Shown here one piece after another: positions 43,211 to 58,900 of a DNA stretch of 64,000 nucleotides. The position numbers were made by a program, and so were the translations under genes. The notes under the pieces are model-generated. The model was not told the DNA's origin and searched no databases. It saw nothing but the letters and a program-made list of their open reading frames with translations. The stretch lies in the NCBI RefSeq assembly GCF_009914755.1, contig NC_060925.1, one strand, 5' to 3'. Position 1 is the first letter of the stretch. Each line of letters opens with the position of its first letter. Origin of the DNA: the human T2T-CHM13v2.0 reference genome, Homo sapiens.

Positions 43211-46200
43211 ACTCGAAAGGGATCATTATTGAATGGAATTGAATGGAATCATCGAATGGTCTCGATTGGAATCATTATCAAATGGAATCGAATGGAATCA
43301 CCGAATAGAATCGAATGGAACAATCATCGAATGGACTCAAATGGAATTATCCTCCAATGGAATCGAATGGAATTATCGAATGCAATCGAATGGAATTATC
43401 GAATGCAATCGAATAGAATCATCGAATGGACTCGAATGGAATCATCGAATGGAATGGAATGGAACAGTCAATGAACTCGAATGGAATCATCATTGAATGG
43501 AATCGAATGGAATCATCGAGTGGAATCGAATGGAATTATGATCAAATGGAATCGAATGTAATCATCATCAAATGGAATCAAAAATAACCATCATCAATTG
43601 GTATTGAATGGAATTGTCATCAAATGGAATTCAAAGGAATCATCATCAAATGGAACCGAATGGAATCCTCATTGAATGGAAATGAAAGGGGTCATCATCT
43701 AATGGAATCGCATGGAATCATCATCAAATGGAATCGAATGGAATCATCATCAAATGGAATCTAATGGAATCATTGAACAGAATTGAATGGAATCGTCATC
43801 GAATGAATTGAATGCAATCATCGAATGGTCTCGAATGGAATCATCTTCTAATGGAAAGGAATGGAATCATCGCATAGAATCGAATGGAATTATCATCGAA
43901 TGGAATCGAATGGTATCAACACCAAACGGAAAAAAACGGAATTATCGAATGGAATCGAAGAGAATCTTCGAACGGACCCGAATGGAATCATCTAATGGAA
44001 TGGAATGGAATAATCCATGGACTCGAATGCAATCATCATCGAATGGAATCGAATGGAATCATCGAATGGACTCGAATGGAATAATCATTGAACGGAATCG
44101 ATTGGAATCATCATCGGATGGAAACGAATGGAATCATCATCGAATGGCAATGAAAGGAGTCATCATCTAATGGAATTGCATGGAATCATCATAAAATGGA
44201 ATCGAATGGAATCAACATCAAATGGAATCAAATGGAATCATTGAACGGAATTGAATGGAATCGTCATCGAATGAATTGACTGCAATCATCCAATGGTCTC
44301 GAATGGAATCATCTTCAAATGGAATGGAATGGAATCATCACATAGAATCGAATGGAATTATCATCGAATGGAATCGAATGGAATCAACATCAAACGGAAA
44401 AAAACGGAATTATCGAATGGAATCGAAGAGAATCATCGAATGGACCCGAATGGAATCATCTAATGGAATGGAATGGAATAATCCATGGACTCAAATGCAA
44501 TCATCATCGAATGGAATCGAATGGAATCATCGAATGGACTCGAATGGAATAATCATTGAACGGAATCGGATGGAATCAACATCGGATGGAAATGAATGGA
44601 ATCATCATCGAATGGAATCGAATAGAATTATGGAATGAAATCCAGTGTGATCATCATCGAATGGACCCGAATGGAATCATCATCCAACGGAAGCTAATGG
44701 AATCAACATCGAATGAATCAAATGGAAACACCATCGAATTGAAACGAATGGAATTATCATGAAATTGAAATGGATGGACTCATCATCGAATGGATTCGAA
44801 TGGAATCATCGAATAAAATTGATTGAAATCATCATCGAATGGAATCGAATGGTATCATTGAATGGAATCGAATGGAATCATCATCAGATGGAAATGAATG
44901 GAATCGTCATAGAATGGAATCGAATGGATTCATTGAATGGAATCAGATGGAATCATCGAATGGACTGGAATGGAATCATTGAATGGACTCGAAAGGGATC
45001 ATGATTGAATGGAATTGAATGGAATCATCGAATGGTCTCGATTGGAATCATTATCAAATGGAATCGAATGGAATCACCGAATAGAATCGAATGGAACAAT
45101 CATCGAATGGACTCAAATGGAATTATCCTCCAATGGAATCGAATGGAATTATCGAATGCAATCGAATGGAATTATCGAATGCAATCGAATAGAATCATCG
45201 AATGGACTCGAATGGAATCATCGAATGGAATGGAATGGAACAGTCAATGAACTCGAATGGAATCATCATTGAATGGAATCGAATGGAATCATCGAGTGGA
45301 ATCGAATGGAATTATGATCAAATGGAATCGAATGTAATCATCATCAAATGGAATCAAAAATAACCATCATCAATTGGTATTGAATGGAATTGTCATCAAA
45401 TGGAATTCAAAGGAATCATCATCAAATGGAACCGAATGGAATCCTCATTGAATGGAAATGAAAGGGGTCATCATCTAATGGAATCGCATGGAATCATCAT
45501 CAAATGGAATCGAATGGAAACATCATCAAATGGAATCTAATGGAATCATTGAACAGAATTGAATCGAATGGTCATCGAATGAATTGAATGCAATCATCGA
45601 ATGGTCTCGAATGGAATCATCTTCTAATGGAAAGGAATGGAATCATCGCATAGAATCGAATGGAATTATCATCGAATGGAATCGAATGGTATCAACACCA
45701 AACGGAAAAAAACGGAATTATCGAATGGAATCGAAGAGAATCTTCGAACGGACCCGAATGGAATCATCTAATGGAATGGAATGGAATAATCCATGGACTC
45801 GAATGCAATCATCATCGAATGGAATCGAATGGAATCATCGAATGGACTCGAATGGAATAATCATTGAACGGAATCGAATGGAATCATCATCGGATGGAAA
45901 CGAATGGAATCATCATCGAATGGAAATGAAAGGAGTCATCATCTAATGGAATTGCATGGAATCATCATAAAATGGAATCGAATGGAATCAACATCAAATG
46001 GAATCAAATGGAATCATTGAACGGAATTGAATGGAATCGTCATCGAATGAATTGACTGCAATCATCCAATGGTCTCGAATGGAATCATCTTCAAATGGAA
46101 TGGAATGGAATCATCGCATAGAATCGAATGGAATTATCATCGAATGGAATCGAATGGAATCAACATCAAACGGAAAAAAACGGAATTATCGAATGGAATC

Positions 46201-49020
46201 GAAGAGAATCATCGAATGGACCCGAATGGAATCATCTAATGGAATGGAATGGAATAATCCATGGACTCGAATGCAATCATCATCGAATGGAATCGAATGG
46301 AATCATCGAATGGACTCGAATGGAATAATCATTGAACGGAATCGAATGGAATCATCATCGGATGGAAATGAATGGAATCATCATCGAATGGAATCGAATA
46401 GAATTATGGAATGAAATCCAGTGTGATCATCATCGAATGGACCCGAATGGAATCATCATCCAACGGAAGCTAATGGAATCAACATCGAATGAATCGAATG
46501 GAAACACCATCGAATTGAAACGAATGGAATTGTCATGAAATTGAAATGGATGGACTCATCATCGAATGGATTCGAATGGAATCATCGAATAAAATTGATT
46601 GAAATCATCATCCAATGGAATCGAATGGTATCATTGAATGGAATCGAATGGAATCATCATCAGATGGAAATGAATGGAATCGTCATAGAATGGAATCGAA
46701 TGGATTCATTGAATGGAATCAGATGGAATCATCGAATGGACTGGAATGGAATCATTGAATGGACACGAAAGGGATCATTATTGAATGGAATTGAATGGAA
46801 GCATCGAATGGTCTCGATTGGAATCATTATCAAATGGAATCGAATGGAATCACCGAATAGAATCGAATGGAACAATCATCGAATGGACTCAAATGGAATT
46901 ATCCTCCAATGGAATCGAATGGAATTATCGAATGCAATCGAATGGAATTATCGAATGCAATCGAATGGAATTATCGAATGCAATCGAATAGAATCATCGA
47001 ATGGACTCGAATGGAATCATCGAATGGAATGGAATGGAACAGTCAATGAACTCGAATGGAATCATCATTGAATGGAATCGAATGGAATCATCGAGTGGAA
47101 TCGAATGGAATTATGATCAAATGGAATCGAATGTAATCATCATCAAATGGAATCAAAAATAACCATCATCAATTGGTATTGAATGGAATTGTCATCAAAT
47201 GGAATTCAAAGGAATCATCATCAAATGGAACCGAATGGAATCCTCATTGAATGGAAATGAAAGGGGTCATCATCTAATGGAATCGCATGGAATCATCATC
47301 AAATGGAATCGAATGGAATCATCATCAAATGGAATCTAATGGAATCATTGAACAGAATTGAATGGAATCGTCATCGAATGAATTGAATGCAATCATCGAA
47401 TGGTCTCGAATGGAATCATCTTCTAATGGAAAGGAATGGAATCATCGCATAGAATCGAATGGAATTATCATCGAATGGAATCGAATGGTATCAACACCAA
47501 ACGGAAAAAAACGGAATTATCGAACGGAATCGAAGAGAATCTTCGAACGGACCCGAATGGAATCATCTAATGGAATGGAATGGAATAGTCCATGGACTCG
47601 AATGCAATCATCATCGAATGGAATCGAATGGAATCATCGAATGGACTCGAATGGAATAATCATTGAACGGAATCGAATGGAATCATCATCGGATGGAAAC
47701 GAATGGAATCATCATCGAATGGAAATGAAAGGAGTCATCATCTAATGGAATTGCATGGAATCATCATAAAATGGAATCGAATGGAATCAACATCAAATGG
47801 AATCAAATGGAATCATTGAACGGAATTGAATGGAATCGTCATCGAATGAATTGACTGCAATCATCGAATGGTCTCGAATGGAATCATCTTCAAGTGGAAT
47901 GGAATGGAATCATCGCATAGAATCGAATGGAATTATCATCGAATGGAATCGAATGGAATCAACATCAAACGGAAAAAAACGGAATTATCGAATGGAATCG
48001 AAGAGAATCATCGAATGGACCCGAATGGAATCATCTAATGGAATGGAATGGAATAATCCATGGACTCGAATGCAATCATCATCGAATGGAATCGAATGGA
48101 ATCATCGAATGGACTCGAATGGAATAATCATTGAACGGAATAGAATGGAATCATCATCGGATGGAAATGAATGGAATCATCATCTAATGGAATCGAATAG
48201 AATTATGGAATGAAATCCAGTGTGATCATCATCGAATGGACCCGAATGGAATCATCATCCAACGGAAGCTAATGGAATCAACATCGAATGAATCAAATGG
48301 AAACACCATCGAATTGAAACGAATGGAATTATCATGAAATTGAAATGGATGGACTCATCATCGAATGGATTCGAATGGAATCATCGAATAAAATTGATTG
48401 AAATCATCATCGAATGGAATCGAATGGTATCATTGAATGGAATCGAATGGAATCATCATCAGATGGAAATGGAATCGTCATAGAATGGAATCGAATGGAT
48501 TCATTGAATGGAATCAGATGGAATCATCGAATGGACTGGAATGGAATCATTGAATGGACTCGAAAGGGATCATGATTGAATGGAATTGAATGGAATCATC
48601 GAATGGTCTCGATTGGAATCATTATCAAATGGAATCGAATGGAATCACCGAATAGAATCGAATGGAACAATCATCGAATGGACTCAAATGGAATTATCCT
48701 CCAATGGAATCGAATGGAATTATCGAATGCAATCGAATGGAATTATCGAATGCAATCGAATAGAATCATCGAATGGACTCGAATGGAATCATCGAATGGA
48801 ATGGAATGGAACAGTCAATGAACTCGAATGGAATCATCATTGAATGGAATCGAATGGAATCATCGAGAGGAATCGAATGGAATTATGATCAAATGGAATC
48901 GAATGTAATCATCATCAAATGGAATCAAAAATAACCATCATCAATTGGTATTGAATGGAATTGTCATCAAATGGAATTCAAAGGAATCATCATCAAATGG
49001 AACCGAATGGAATCCTCATT

Positions 49021-49956
49021 GAATGGAAATGAAAGGGGTCATCATCTAATGGAATCGCATGGAATCATCATCAAATGGAATCGAAAGGAATCATCATCAA
49101 ATGGAATCTAATGGAATCATTGAACAGAATTGAATGGAATCGTCATCGAATGAATTGAATGCAATCATCGAATGGTCTCGAATGGAATCATCTTCTAATG
49201 GAAAGGAATGGAATCATCGCATAGAATCGAATGGAATTATCATCGAATGGAATCGAATGGTATCAACACCAAACGGAAAAAAACGGAATTATCGAATGGA
49301 ATCGAAGAGAATCTTCGAACGGACCCGAATGGAATCATCTAATGGAATGGAATGGAATAATCCATGGACTCGAATGCAATCATCATCGAATGGAATCGAA
49401 TGGAATCATCGAATGGACTCGAATGGAATAATCATTGAACGGAATCGAATGGAATCATCATCGGATGGAAACGAATGGAATCATCATCGAATGGAAATGA
49501 AAGGAGTCATCACCTAATGGAATTGCATGGAATCATCATCAAATGGAATCGAATGGAATCAACATCAAATGGAATCAAATGGAATCATTGAACGGAATTG
49601 AATGGAATCGTCATCGAATGAATTGACTGCAATCATCGAATGGTCTCGAATGGAATCATCTTCAAATGGAATGGAATGGAATCATCGCATAGAATCGAAT
49701 GGAATTATCATCGAATGGAATCGAATGGAATCAACATCAAACGGAAAAAAACGGAATTATCGAATGGAATCGAAGAGAATCATCGAATGGACCCGAATGG
49801 AATCATCTAATGGAATGGAATGGAATAATCCATGGACTCGAATGCAATCATCATCGAATGGAATCGAATGGAATCATCGAATGGACTCGAATGGAATAAT
49901 CATTGAACGGAATCGAATGGAATCATCATCGGATGGAAATGAATGGAATCATCATC
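49021..49956 (+). repeat. Example of the internal 2 x 468-bp tandem subrepeat present in each canonical unit
   Basis: GAATGGAAATGAAAGGGGTCATC at 49021 recurs as GAATGGAAATGAAAGGAGTCATC at 49489. Paired 127-aa pseudo-ORFs are 468 bp apart (49134/49602). Copy A is marked by GGTATCAACACC and CTTCGAACGG, copy B by GACTGC and CTTCAAATGG. Confidence 0.95.
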
Positions 49957-52900
49957 GAATGGAATCGAATAGAATTATGGAATGAAATCCAGTGTGATCA
50001 TCATCGAATGGACCCGAATGGAATCATCATCCAACGGAAGCTAATGGAATCAACATCGAATGAATCGAATGGAAACACCATCGAATTGAAACGAATGGAA
50101 TTATCATGAAATTGAAATGGATGGACTCATCATCGAATGGATTCGAATGGAATCATCGAATAAAATTGATTGAAATCATCATCCAATGGAATCGAATGGT
50201 ATCATTGAATGGAATCGAATGGAATCATCATCAGATGGAAATGAATGGAATCGTCATAGAATGGAATCGAATGGATTCATTGAATGGAATCAGATGGAAT
50301 CATCGAATGGACTGGAATGGAATCATTGAATGGACTCGAAAGGGATCATTATTGAATGGAATTGAATGGAATCATCGAATGGTCTCGATTGGAATCATTA
50401 TCAAATGGAATCGAATGGAATCACCGAATAGAATCGAATGGAACAATCATCGAATGGACTCAAATGGAATTATCCTCCAATGGAATCGAATGGAATTATC
50501 GAATGCAATCGAATGGAATTATCGAATGCAATCGAATAGAATCATCGAATGGACTCGAATGGAATCATCGAATGGAATGGAATGGAACAGTCAATGAACT
50601 CGAATGGAATCATCATTGAATGGAATCGAATGGAATCATCGAGTGGAATCGAATGGAATTATGATCAAATGGAATCGAATGTAATCCTCATCAAATGGAA
50701 TCAAAAATAACCATCATCAATTGGTATTGAATGGAATTGTCATCAAATGGAATTCAAAGGAATCATCATCAAATGGAACCGAATGGAATCCTCATTGAAT
50801 GGAAATGAAAGGGGTCATCATCTAATGGAATCGCATGGAATCATCATCAAATGGAATCGAATGGAATCATCATCAAATGGAATCTAATGGAATTATTGAA
50901 CAGAATTGAATGGAATCGTCATCGCATGAATTGAATGCAATCATCGAATGGTCTCGAATGGAATCATCTTCTAATGGAAAGGAATGGAATCATCGCATAG
51001 AATCGAATGGAATTATCATCGAATGGAATCGAATGGTATCAACACCAAACGGAAAAAAACGGAATTATCGAATGGAATCGAAGAGAATCTTCGAACGGAC
51101 CCGAATGGAATCATCTAATGGAATGGAATGGAATAATCCATGGACTCGAATGCAATCATCATCGAATGGAATGGAATGGAATCATCGAATGGACTCGAAT
51201 GGAATAATCATTGAACGGAATCGAATGGAATCATCATCGGATGGAAACGAATGGAATCATCATCGAATGGAAATGAAAGGAGTCATCATCTAATGGAATT
51301 GCATGGAATCATCATCAAATGGAATCGAATGGAATCAACATCAAATGGAATCAAATGGAATCATTGAACGGAATTGAATGGAATCGTCATCGAATGAATT
51401 GACTGCAATCATCGAATGGTCTCGAATGGAATCATCTTCAAATGGAATGGAATGGAATCATCGCATAGAATCGAATGGAATTATCATCGAATGGAATCGA
51501 ATGGAATCAACATCAAACGGAAAAAAACGGAATTATCGAATGGAATCGAAGAGAATCATCGAATGGACCCGAATGGAATCATCTAATGGAATGGAATGGA
51601 ATAATCCATGGACTCGAATGCAATCATCATCGAATGGAATCGAATGGAATCATCGAATGGACTCGAATGGAATAATCATTGAACGGAATCGAATGGAATC
51701 ATCATCGGATGGAAATGAATGGAATCATCATCGAATGGAATCGAATAGAATTATGGAATGAAATCCAGTGTGATCATCATCGAATGGACCCGAATGGAAT
51801 CATCATCCAACGGAAGCTAATGGAATCAACATCGAATGAATCGAATGGAAACACCATCGAATTGAAACGAATGGAATTGTCATGAAATTGAAATGGATGG
51901 ACTCATCATCGAATGGATTCGAATGGAATCATCGAATAAAATTGATTGAAATCATCATCCAATGGAATCGAATGGTATCATTGAATGGAATCGAATGGAA
52001 TCATCATCAGATGGAAATGAATGGAATCGTCATAGAATGGAATCGAATGGATTCATTGAATGGAATCAGATGGAATCATCGAATGGACTGGAATGGAATC
52101 ATTGAATGGACTCGAAAGGGATCATTATTGAATGGAATTGAATGGAAGCATCGAATGGTCTCGATTGGAATCATTATCAAATGGAATCGAATGGAATCAC
52201 CGAATAGAATCGAATGGAACAATCATCGAATGGACTCAAATGGAATTATCCTCCAATGCAATCGAATGGAATTATCGAATGCAATCGAATGGAATTATCG
52301 AATGCAATCGAATAGAATCATCGAATGGACTCGAATGGAATCATCGAATGGAATGGAATGGAACAGTCAATGAACTCGAATGGAATCATCATTGAATGGA
52401 ATCGAATGGAATCATCGAGTGGAATCGAATGGAATTATGATCAAATGGAATCGAATGTAATCCTCATCAAATGGAATCAAAAATAACCATCATCAATTGG
52501 TATTGAATGGAATTGTCATCAAATGGAATTCAAAGGAATCATCATCAAATGGAACCGAATGGAATCCTCATTGAATGGAAATGAAAGGGGTCATCATCTA
52601 ATGGAATCGCATGGAATCATCATCAAATGGAATCGAATGGAATCATCATCAAATGGAATCTAATGGAATTATTGAACAGAATTGAATGGAATCGTCATCG
52701 CATGAATTGAATGCAATCATCGAATGGTCTCGAATGGAATCATCTTCTAATGGAAAGGAATGGAATCATCGCATAGAATCGAATGGAATTATCATCGAAT
52801 GGAATCGAATGGTATCAACACCAAACGGAAAAAAACGGAATTATCGAATGGAATCGAAGAGAATCTTCGAACGGACCCGAATGGAATCATCTAATGGAAT

Positions 52901-55900
52901 GGAATGGAATAATCCATGGACTCGAATGCAATCATCATCGAATGGAATGGAATGGAATCATCGAATGGACTCGAATGGAATAATCATTGAACGGAATCGA
53001 ATGGAATCATCATCGGATGGAAACGAATGGAATCATCATCGAATGGAAATGAAAGGAGTCATCATCTAATGGAATTGCATGGAATCATCATCAAATGGAA
53101 TCGAATGGAATCAACATCAAATGGAATCAAATGGAATCATTGAACGGAATTGAATGGAATCGTCATCGAATGAATTGACTGCAATCATCGAATGGTCTCG
53201 AATGGAATCATCTTCAAATGGAATGGAATGGAATCATCGCATAGAATCGAATGGAATTATCATCGAATGGAATCGAATGGAATCAACATCAAACGGAAAA
53301 AAACGGAATTATCGAATGGAATCGAAGAGAATCATCGAATGGACCCGAATGGAATCATCTAATGGAATGGAATGGAATAATCCATGGACTCGAATGCAAT
53401 CATCATCGAATGGAATCGAATGGAATCATCGAATGGACTCGAATGGAATAATCATTGAACGGAATCGAATGGAATCATCATCGGATGGAAATGAATGGAA
53501 TCATCATCGAATGGAATCGAATAGAATTATGGAATGAAATCCAGTGTGATCATCATCGAATGGACCCGAATGGAATCATCATCCAACGGAAGCTAATGGA
53601 ATCAACATCGAATGAATCGAATGGAAACACCATCGAATTGAAACGAATGGAATTGTCATGAAATTGAAATGGATGGACTCATCATCGAATGGATTCGAAT
53701 GGAATCATCGAATAAAATTGATTGAAATCATCATCCAATGGAATCGAATGGTATCATTGAATGGAATCGAATGGAATCATCATCAGATGGAAATGAATGG
53801 AATCGTCATAGAATGGAATCGAATGGATTCATTGAATGGAATCAGATGGAATCATCGAATGGACTGGAATGGAATCATTGAATGGACTCGAAAGGGATCA
53901 TTATTGAATGGAATTGAATGGAAGCATCGAATGGTCTCGATTGGAATCATTATCAAATGGAATCGAATGGAATCACCGAATAGAATCGAATGGAACAATC
54001 ATCGAATGGACTCAAATGGAATTATCCTCCAATGCAATCGAATGGAATTATCGAATGCAATCGAATGGAATTATCGAATGCAATCGAATAGAATCATCGA
54101 ATGGACTCGAATGGAATCATCGAATGGAATGGAATGGAACAGTCAATGAACTCGAATGGAATCATCATTGAATGGAATCGAATGGAATCATCGAGTGGAA
54201 TCGAATGGAATTATGATCAAATGGAATCGAATGTAATCATCATCAAATGGAATCAAAAATAACCATCATCAATTGGTATTGAATGGAATTGTCATCAAAT
54301 GGAATTCAAAGGAATCATCATCAAATGGAACCGAATGGAATCCTCATTGAATGGAAATGAAAGGGGTCATCATCTAATGGAATCGCATGGAATCATCATC
54401 AAATGGAATCGAATGGAATCATCATCAAATGGAATCTAATGGAATCATTGAACAGAATTGAATGGAATCGTCATCGAATGAATTGAATGCAATCATCGAA
54501 TGGTCTCGAATGGAATCATCTTCTAATGGAAAGGAATGGAATCATCGCATAGAATCGAATGGAATTATCATCGAATGGAATCGAATGGTATCAACACCAA
54601 ACGGAAAAAAACGGAATTATCGAATGGAATCGAAGAGAATCTTCGAACGGACCCGAATGGAATCATCTAATGGAATGGAATGGAATAGTCCATGGACTCG
54701 AATGCAATCATCATCGAATGGAATCGAATGGAATCATCGAATGGACTCGAATGGAATAATCATTGAACGGAATCGAATGGAATCATCATCGGATGGAAAC
54801 GAATGGAATCATCATCGAATGGAAATGAAAGGAGTCATCATCTAATGGAATTGCATGGAATCATCATAAAATGGAATCGAATGGAATCAACATCAAATGG
54901 AATCAAATGGAATCATTGAACGGAATTGAATGGAATCGTCATTGAATGAATTGACTGCAATCATCGAATGGTCTCGAATGGAATCATCTTCAAGTGGAAT
55001 GGAATGGAATCATCGCATAGAATCGAATGGAATTATCATCGAATGGAATCGAATGGAATCAACATCAAACGGAAAAAAACGGAATTATCGAATGGAATCG
55101 AAGAGAATCATCGAATGGACCCGAATGGAATCATCTAATGGAATGGAATGGAATAATCCATGGACTCGAATGCAATCATCATCGAATGGAATCGAATGGA
55201 ATCATCGAATGGACTCGAATGGAATAATCATTGAACGGAATCGAATGGAATCATCATCGGATGGAAATGAATGGAATCATCATCGAATGGAATCGAATAG
55301 AATTATGGAATGAAATCCAGTGTGATCATCATCGAATGGACCCGAATGGAATCATCATCCAACGGAAGCTAATGGAATCAACATCGAATGAATCGAATGG
55401 AAACACCATCGAATTGAAACGAATGGAATTATCATGAAATTGAAATGGATGGACTCATCATCGAATGGATTCGAATGGAATCATCGAATAAAATTGATTG
55501 AAATCATCATCCAATGGAATCGAATGGTATCATTGAATGGAATCGAATGGAATCATCATCAGATGGAAATGAATGGAATCGTCATAGAATGGAATCGAAT
55601 GGATTCATTGAATGGAATCAGATGGAATCATCGAATGGACTGGAATGGAATCATTGAATGGACTCGAAAGGGATCATTATTGAATGGAATTGAATGGAAT
55701 CATCGAATGGTCTCGATTGGAATCATTATCAAATGGAATCGAATGGAATCACCGAATAGAATCGAATGGAACAATCATCGAATGGACTCAAATGGAATTA
55801 TCCTCCAATGGAATCGAATGGAATTATCGAATGCAATCGAATGGAATTATCGAATGCAATCGAATAGAATCATCGAATGGACTCGAATGGAATCATCGAA

Positions 55901-58900
55901 TGGAATGGAATGGAACAGTCAATGAACTCGAATGGAATCATCATTGAATGGAATCGAATGGAATCATCGAGTGGAATCGAATGGAATTATGATCAAATGG
56001 AATCGAATGTAATCATCATCAAATGGAATCAAAAATAACCATCATCAATTGGTATTGAATGGAATTGTCATCAAATGGAATTCAAAGGAATCATCATCAA
56101 ATGGAACCGAATGGAATCCTCATTGAATGGAAATGAAAGGGGTCATCATCTAATGGAATCGCATGGAATCATCATCAAATGGAATCGAATGGAATCATCA
56201 TCAAATGGAATCTAATGGAATCATTGAACAGAATTGAATGGAATCGTCATCGAATGAATTGAATGCAATCATCGAATGGTCTCGAATGGAATCATCTTCT
56301 AATGGAAAGGAATGGAATCATCGCATAGAATCGAATGGAATTATCATCGAATGGAATCGAATGGTATCAACACCAAACGGAAAAAAACGGAATTATCGAA
56401 TGGAATCGAAGAGAATCTTCGAACGGACCCGAATGGAATCATCTAATGGAATGGAATGGAATAATCCATGGACTCGAATGCAATCATCATCGAATGGAAT
56501 GGAATGGAATCATCGAATGGACTCGAATGGAATAATCATTGAACGGAATCGAATGGAATCATCATCGGATGGAAACGAATGGAATCATCATCGAATGGAA
56601 ATGAAAGGAGTCATCATCTAATGGAATTGCATGGAATCATCATAAAATGGAATCGAATGGAATCAACATCAAATGGAATCAAATGGAATCATTGAACGGA
56701 ATTGAATGGAATCGTCATCGAATGAATTGACTGCAATCATCGAATGGTCTCGAATGGAATCATCTTCAAATGGAATGGAATGGAATCATCGCATAGAATC
56801 GAATGGAATTATCATCGAATGGAATCGAATGGAATCAACATCAAACGGAAAAAAACGGAATTATCGAATGGAATCGAAGAGAATCATCGAATGGACCCGA
56901 ATGGAATCATCTAATGGAATGGAATGGAATAATCCATGGACTCGAATGCAATCATCATCGAATGGAATCGAATGGAATCATCGAATGGACTCGAATGGAA
57001 TAATCATTGAACGGAATCGAATGGAATCATCATCGGATGGAAATGAATGGAATCATCATCGAATGGAATCGAATAGAATTATGGAATGAAATCCAGTGTG
57101 ATCATCATCGAATGGACCCGAATGGAATCATCATCCAACGGAAGCTAATGGAATCAACATCGAATGAATCGAATGGAAACACCATCGAATTGAAACGAAT
57201 GGAATTATCATGAAATTGAAATGGATGGACTCATCATCGAATGGATTCGAATGGAATCATCGAATAAAATTGATTGAAATCATCATCAAATGGAATCGAA
57301 TGGTATCATTGAATGGAATCGAATGGAATCATCATCAGATGGAAATGAATGGAATCGTCATAGAATGGAATCGAATGGATTCATTGAATGGAATCAGATG
57401 GAATCATCGAATGGACTGGAATGGAATCATTGAATGGACTCGAAAGGGATCATTATTGAATGGAATTGAATGGAATCATCGAATGGTCTCGATTGGAATC
57501 ATTATCAAATGGAATCGAATGGAATCACCGAATAGAATCGAATGGAACAATCATCGAATGGACTCAAATGGAATTATCCTCCAATGGAATCGAATGGAAT
57601 TATCGAATGCAATCGAATGGAATTATCGAATGCAATCGAATAGAATCATCGAATGGACTCGAATGGAATCATCGAATGGAATGGAATGGAACAGTCAATG
57701 AACTCGAATGGAATCATCATTGAATGGAATCGAATGGAATCATCGAGTGGAATCGAATGGAATTATGATCAAATGGAATCGAATGTAATCATCATCAAAT
57801 GGAATCAAAAATAACCATCATCAATTGGTATTGAATGGAATTGTCATCAAATGGAATTCAAAGGAATCATCATCAAATGGAACCGAATGGAATCCTCATT
57901 GAATGGAAATGAAAGGGGTCATCATCTAATGGAATCGCATGGAATCATCATCAAATGGAATCGAATGGAATCATCATCAAATGGAATCTAATGGAATTAT
58001 TGAACAGAATTGAATGGAATCATCATCGCATGAATTGAATGCAATCATCGAATGGTCTCGAATGGAATCATCTTCTAATGGAAAGGAATGGAATCATTGC
58101 ATAGAATCGAATGGAATTATCATCGAATGGAATCGAATGGTATCAACACCAAACGGAAAAAAACGGAATTATCGAATGGAATCGAAGAGAATCTTCGAAC
58201 GGACCCGAATGGAATCATCTAATGGAATGGAATGGAATAATCCATGGACTCGAATGCAATCATCATCGAATGGAATGGAATGGAATCATCGAATGGACTC
58301 GAATGGAATAATCATTGAACGGAATCGAATGGAATCATCATCGGATGGAAACGAATGGAATCATCATCGAATGGAAATGAAAGGAGTCATCATCTAATGG
58401 AATTGCATGGAATCATCATCAAATGGAATCGAATGGAATCAACATCAAATGGAATCAAATGGAATCATTGAACGGAATTGAATGGAATCGTCATCGAATG
58501 AATTGACTGCAATCATCCAATGGTCTCGAATGGAATCATCTTCAAATGGAATGGAATGGAATCATCGCATAGTATCGAATGGAATTATCATCGAATGGAA
58601 TCGAATGGAATCAACATCAAACGGAAAAAAACGGAATTATCGAATGGAATCGAAGAGAATCATCGAATGGACCCGAATGGAATCATCTAATGGAATGGAA
58701 TGGAATAATCCATGGACTCGAATGCAATCATCATCGAATGGAATCGAATGGAATCATCGAATGGACTTGAATGGAATAATCATTGAACGGAATCGAATGG
58801 AATCATCATCGGATGGAAATGAATGGAATCATCATCGAATGGAATCGAATAGAATTATGGAATGAAATCCAGTGTGATCATCATCGAATGGACCCGAATG

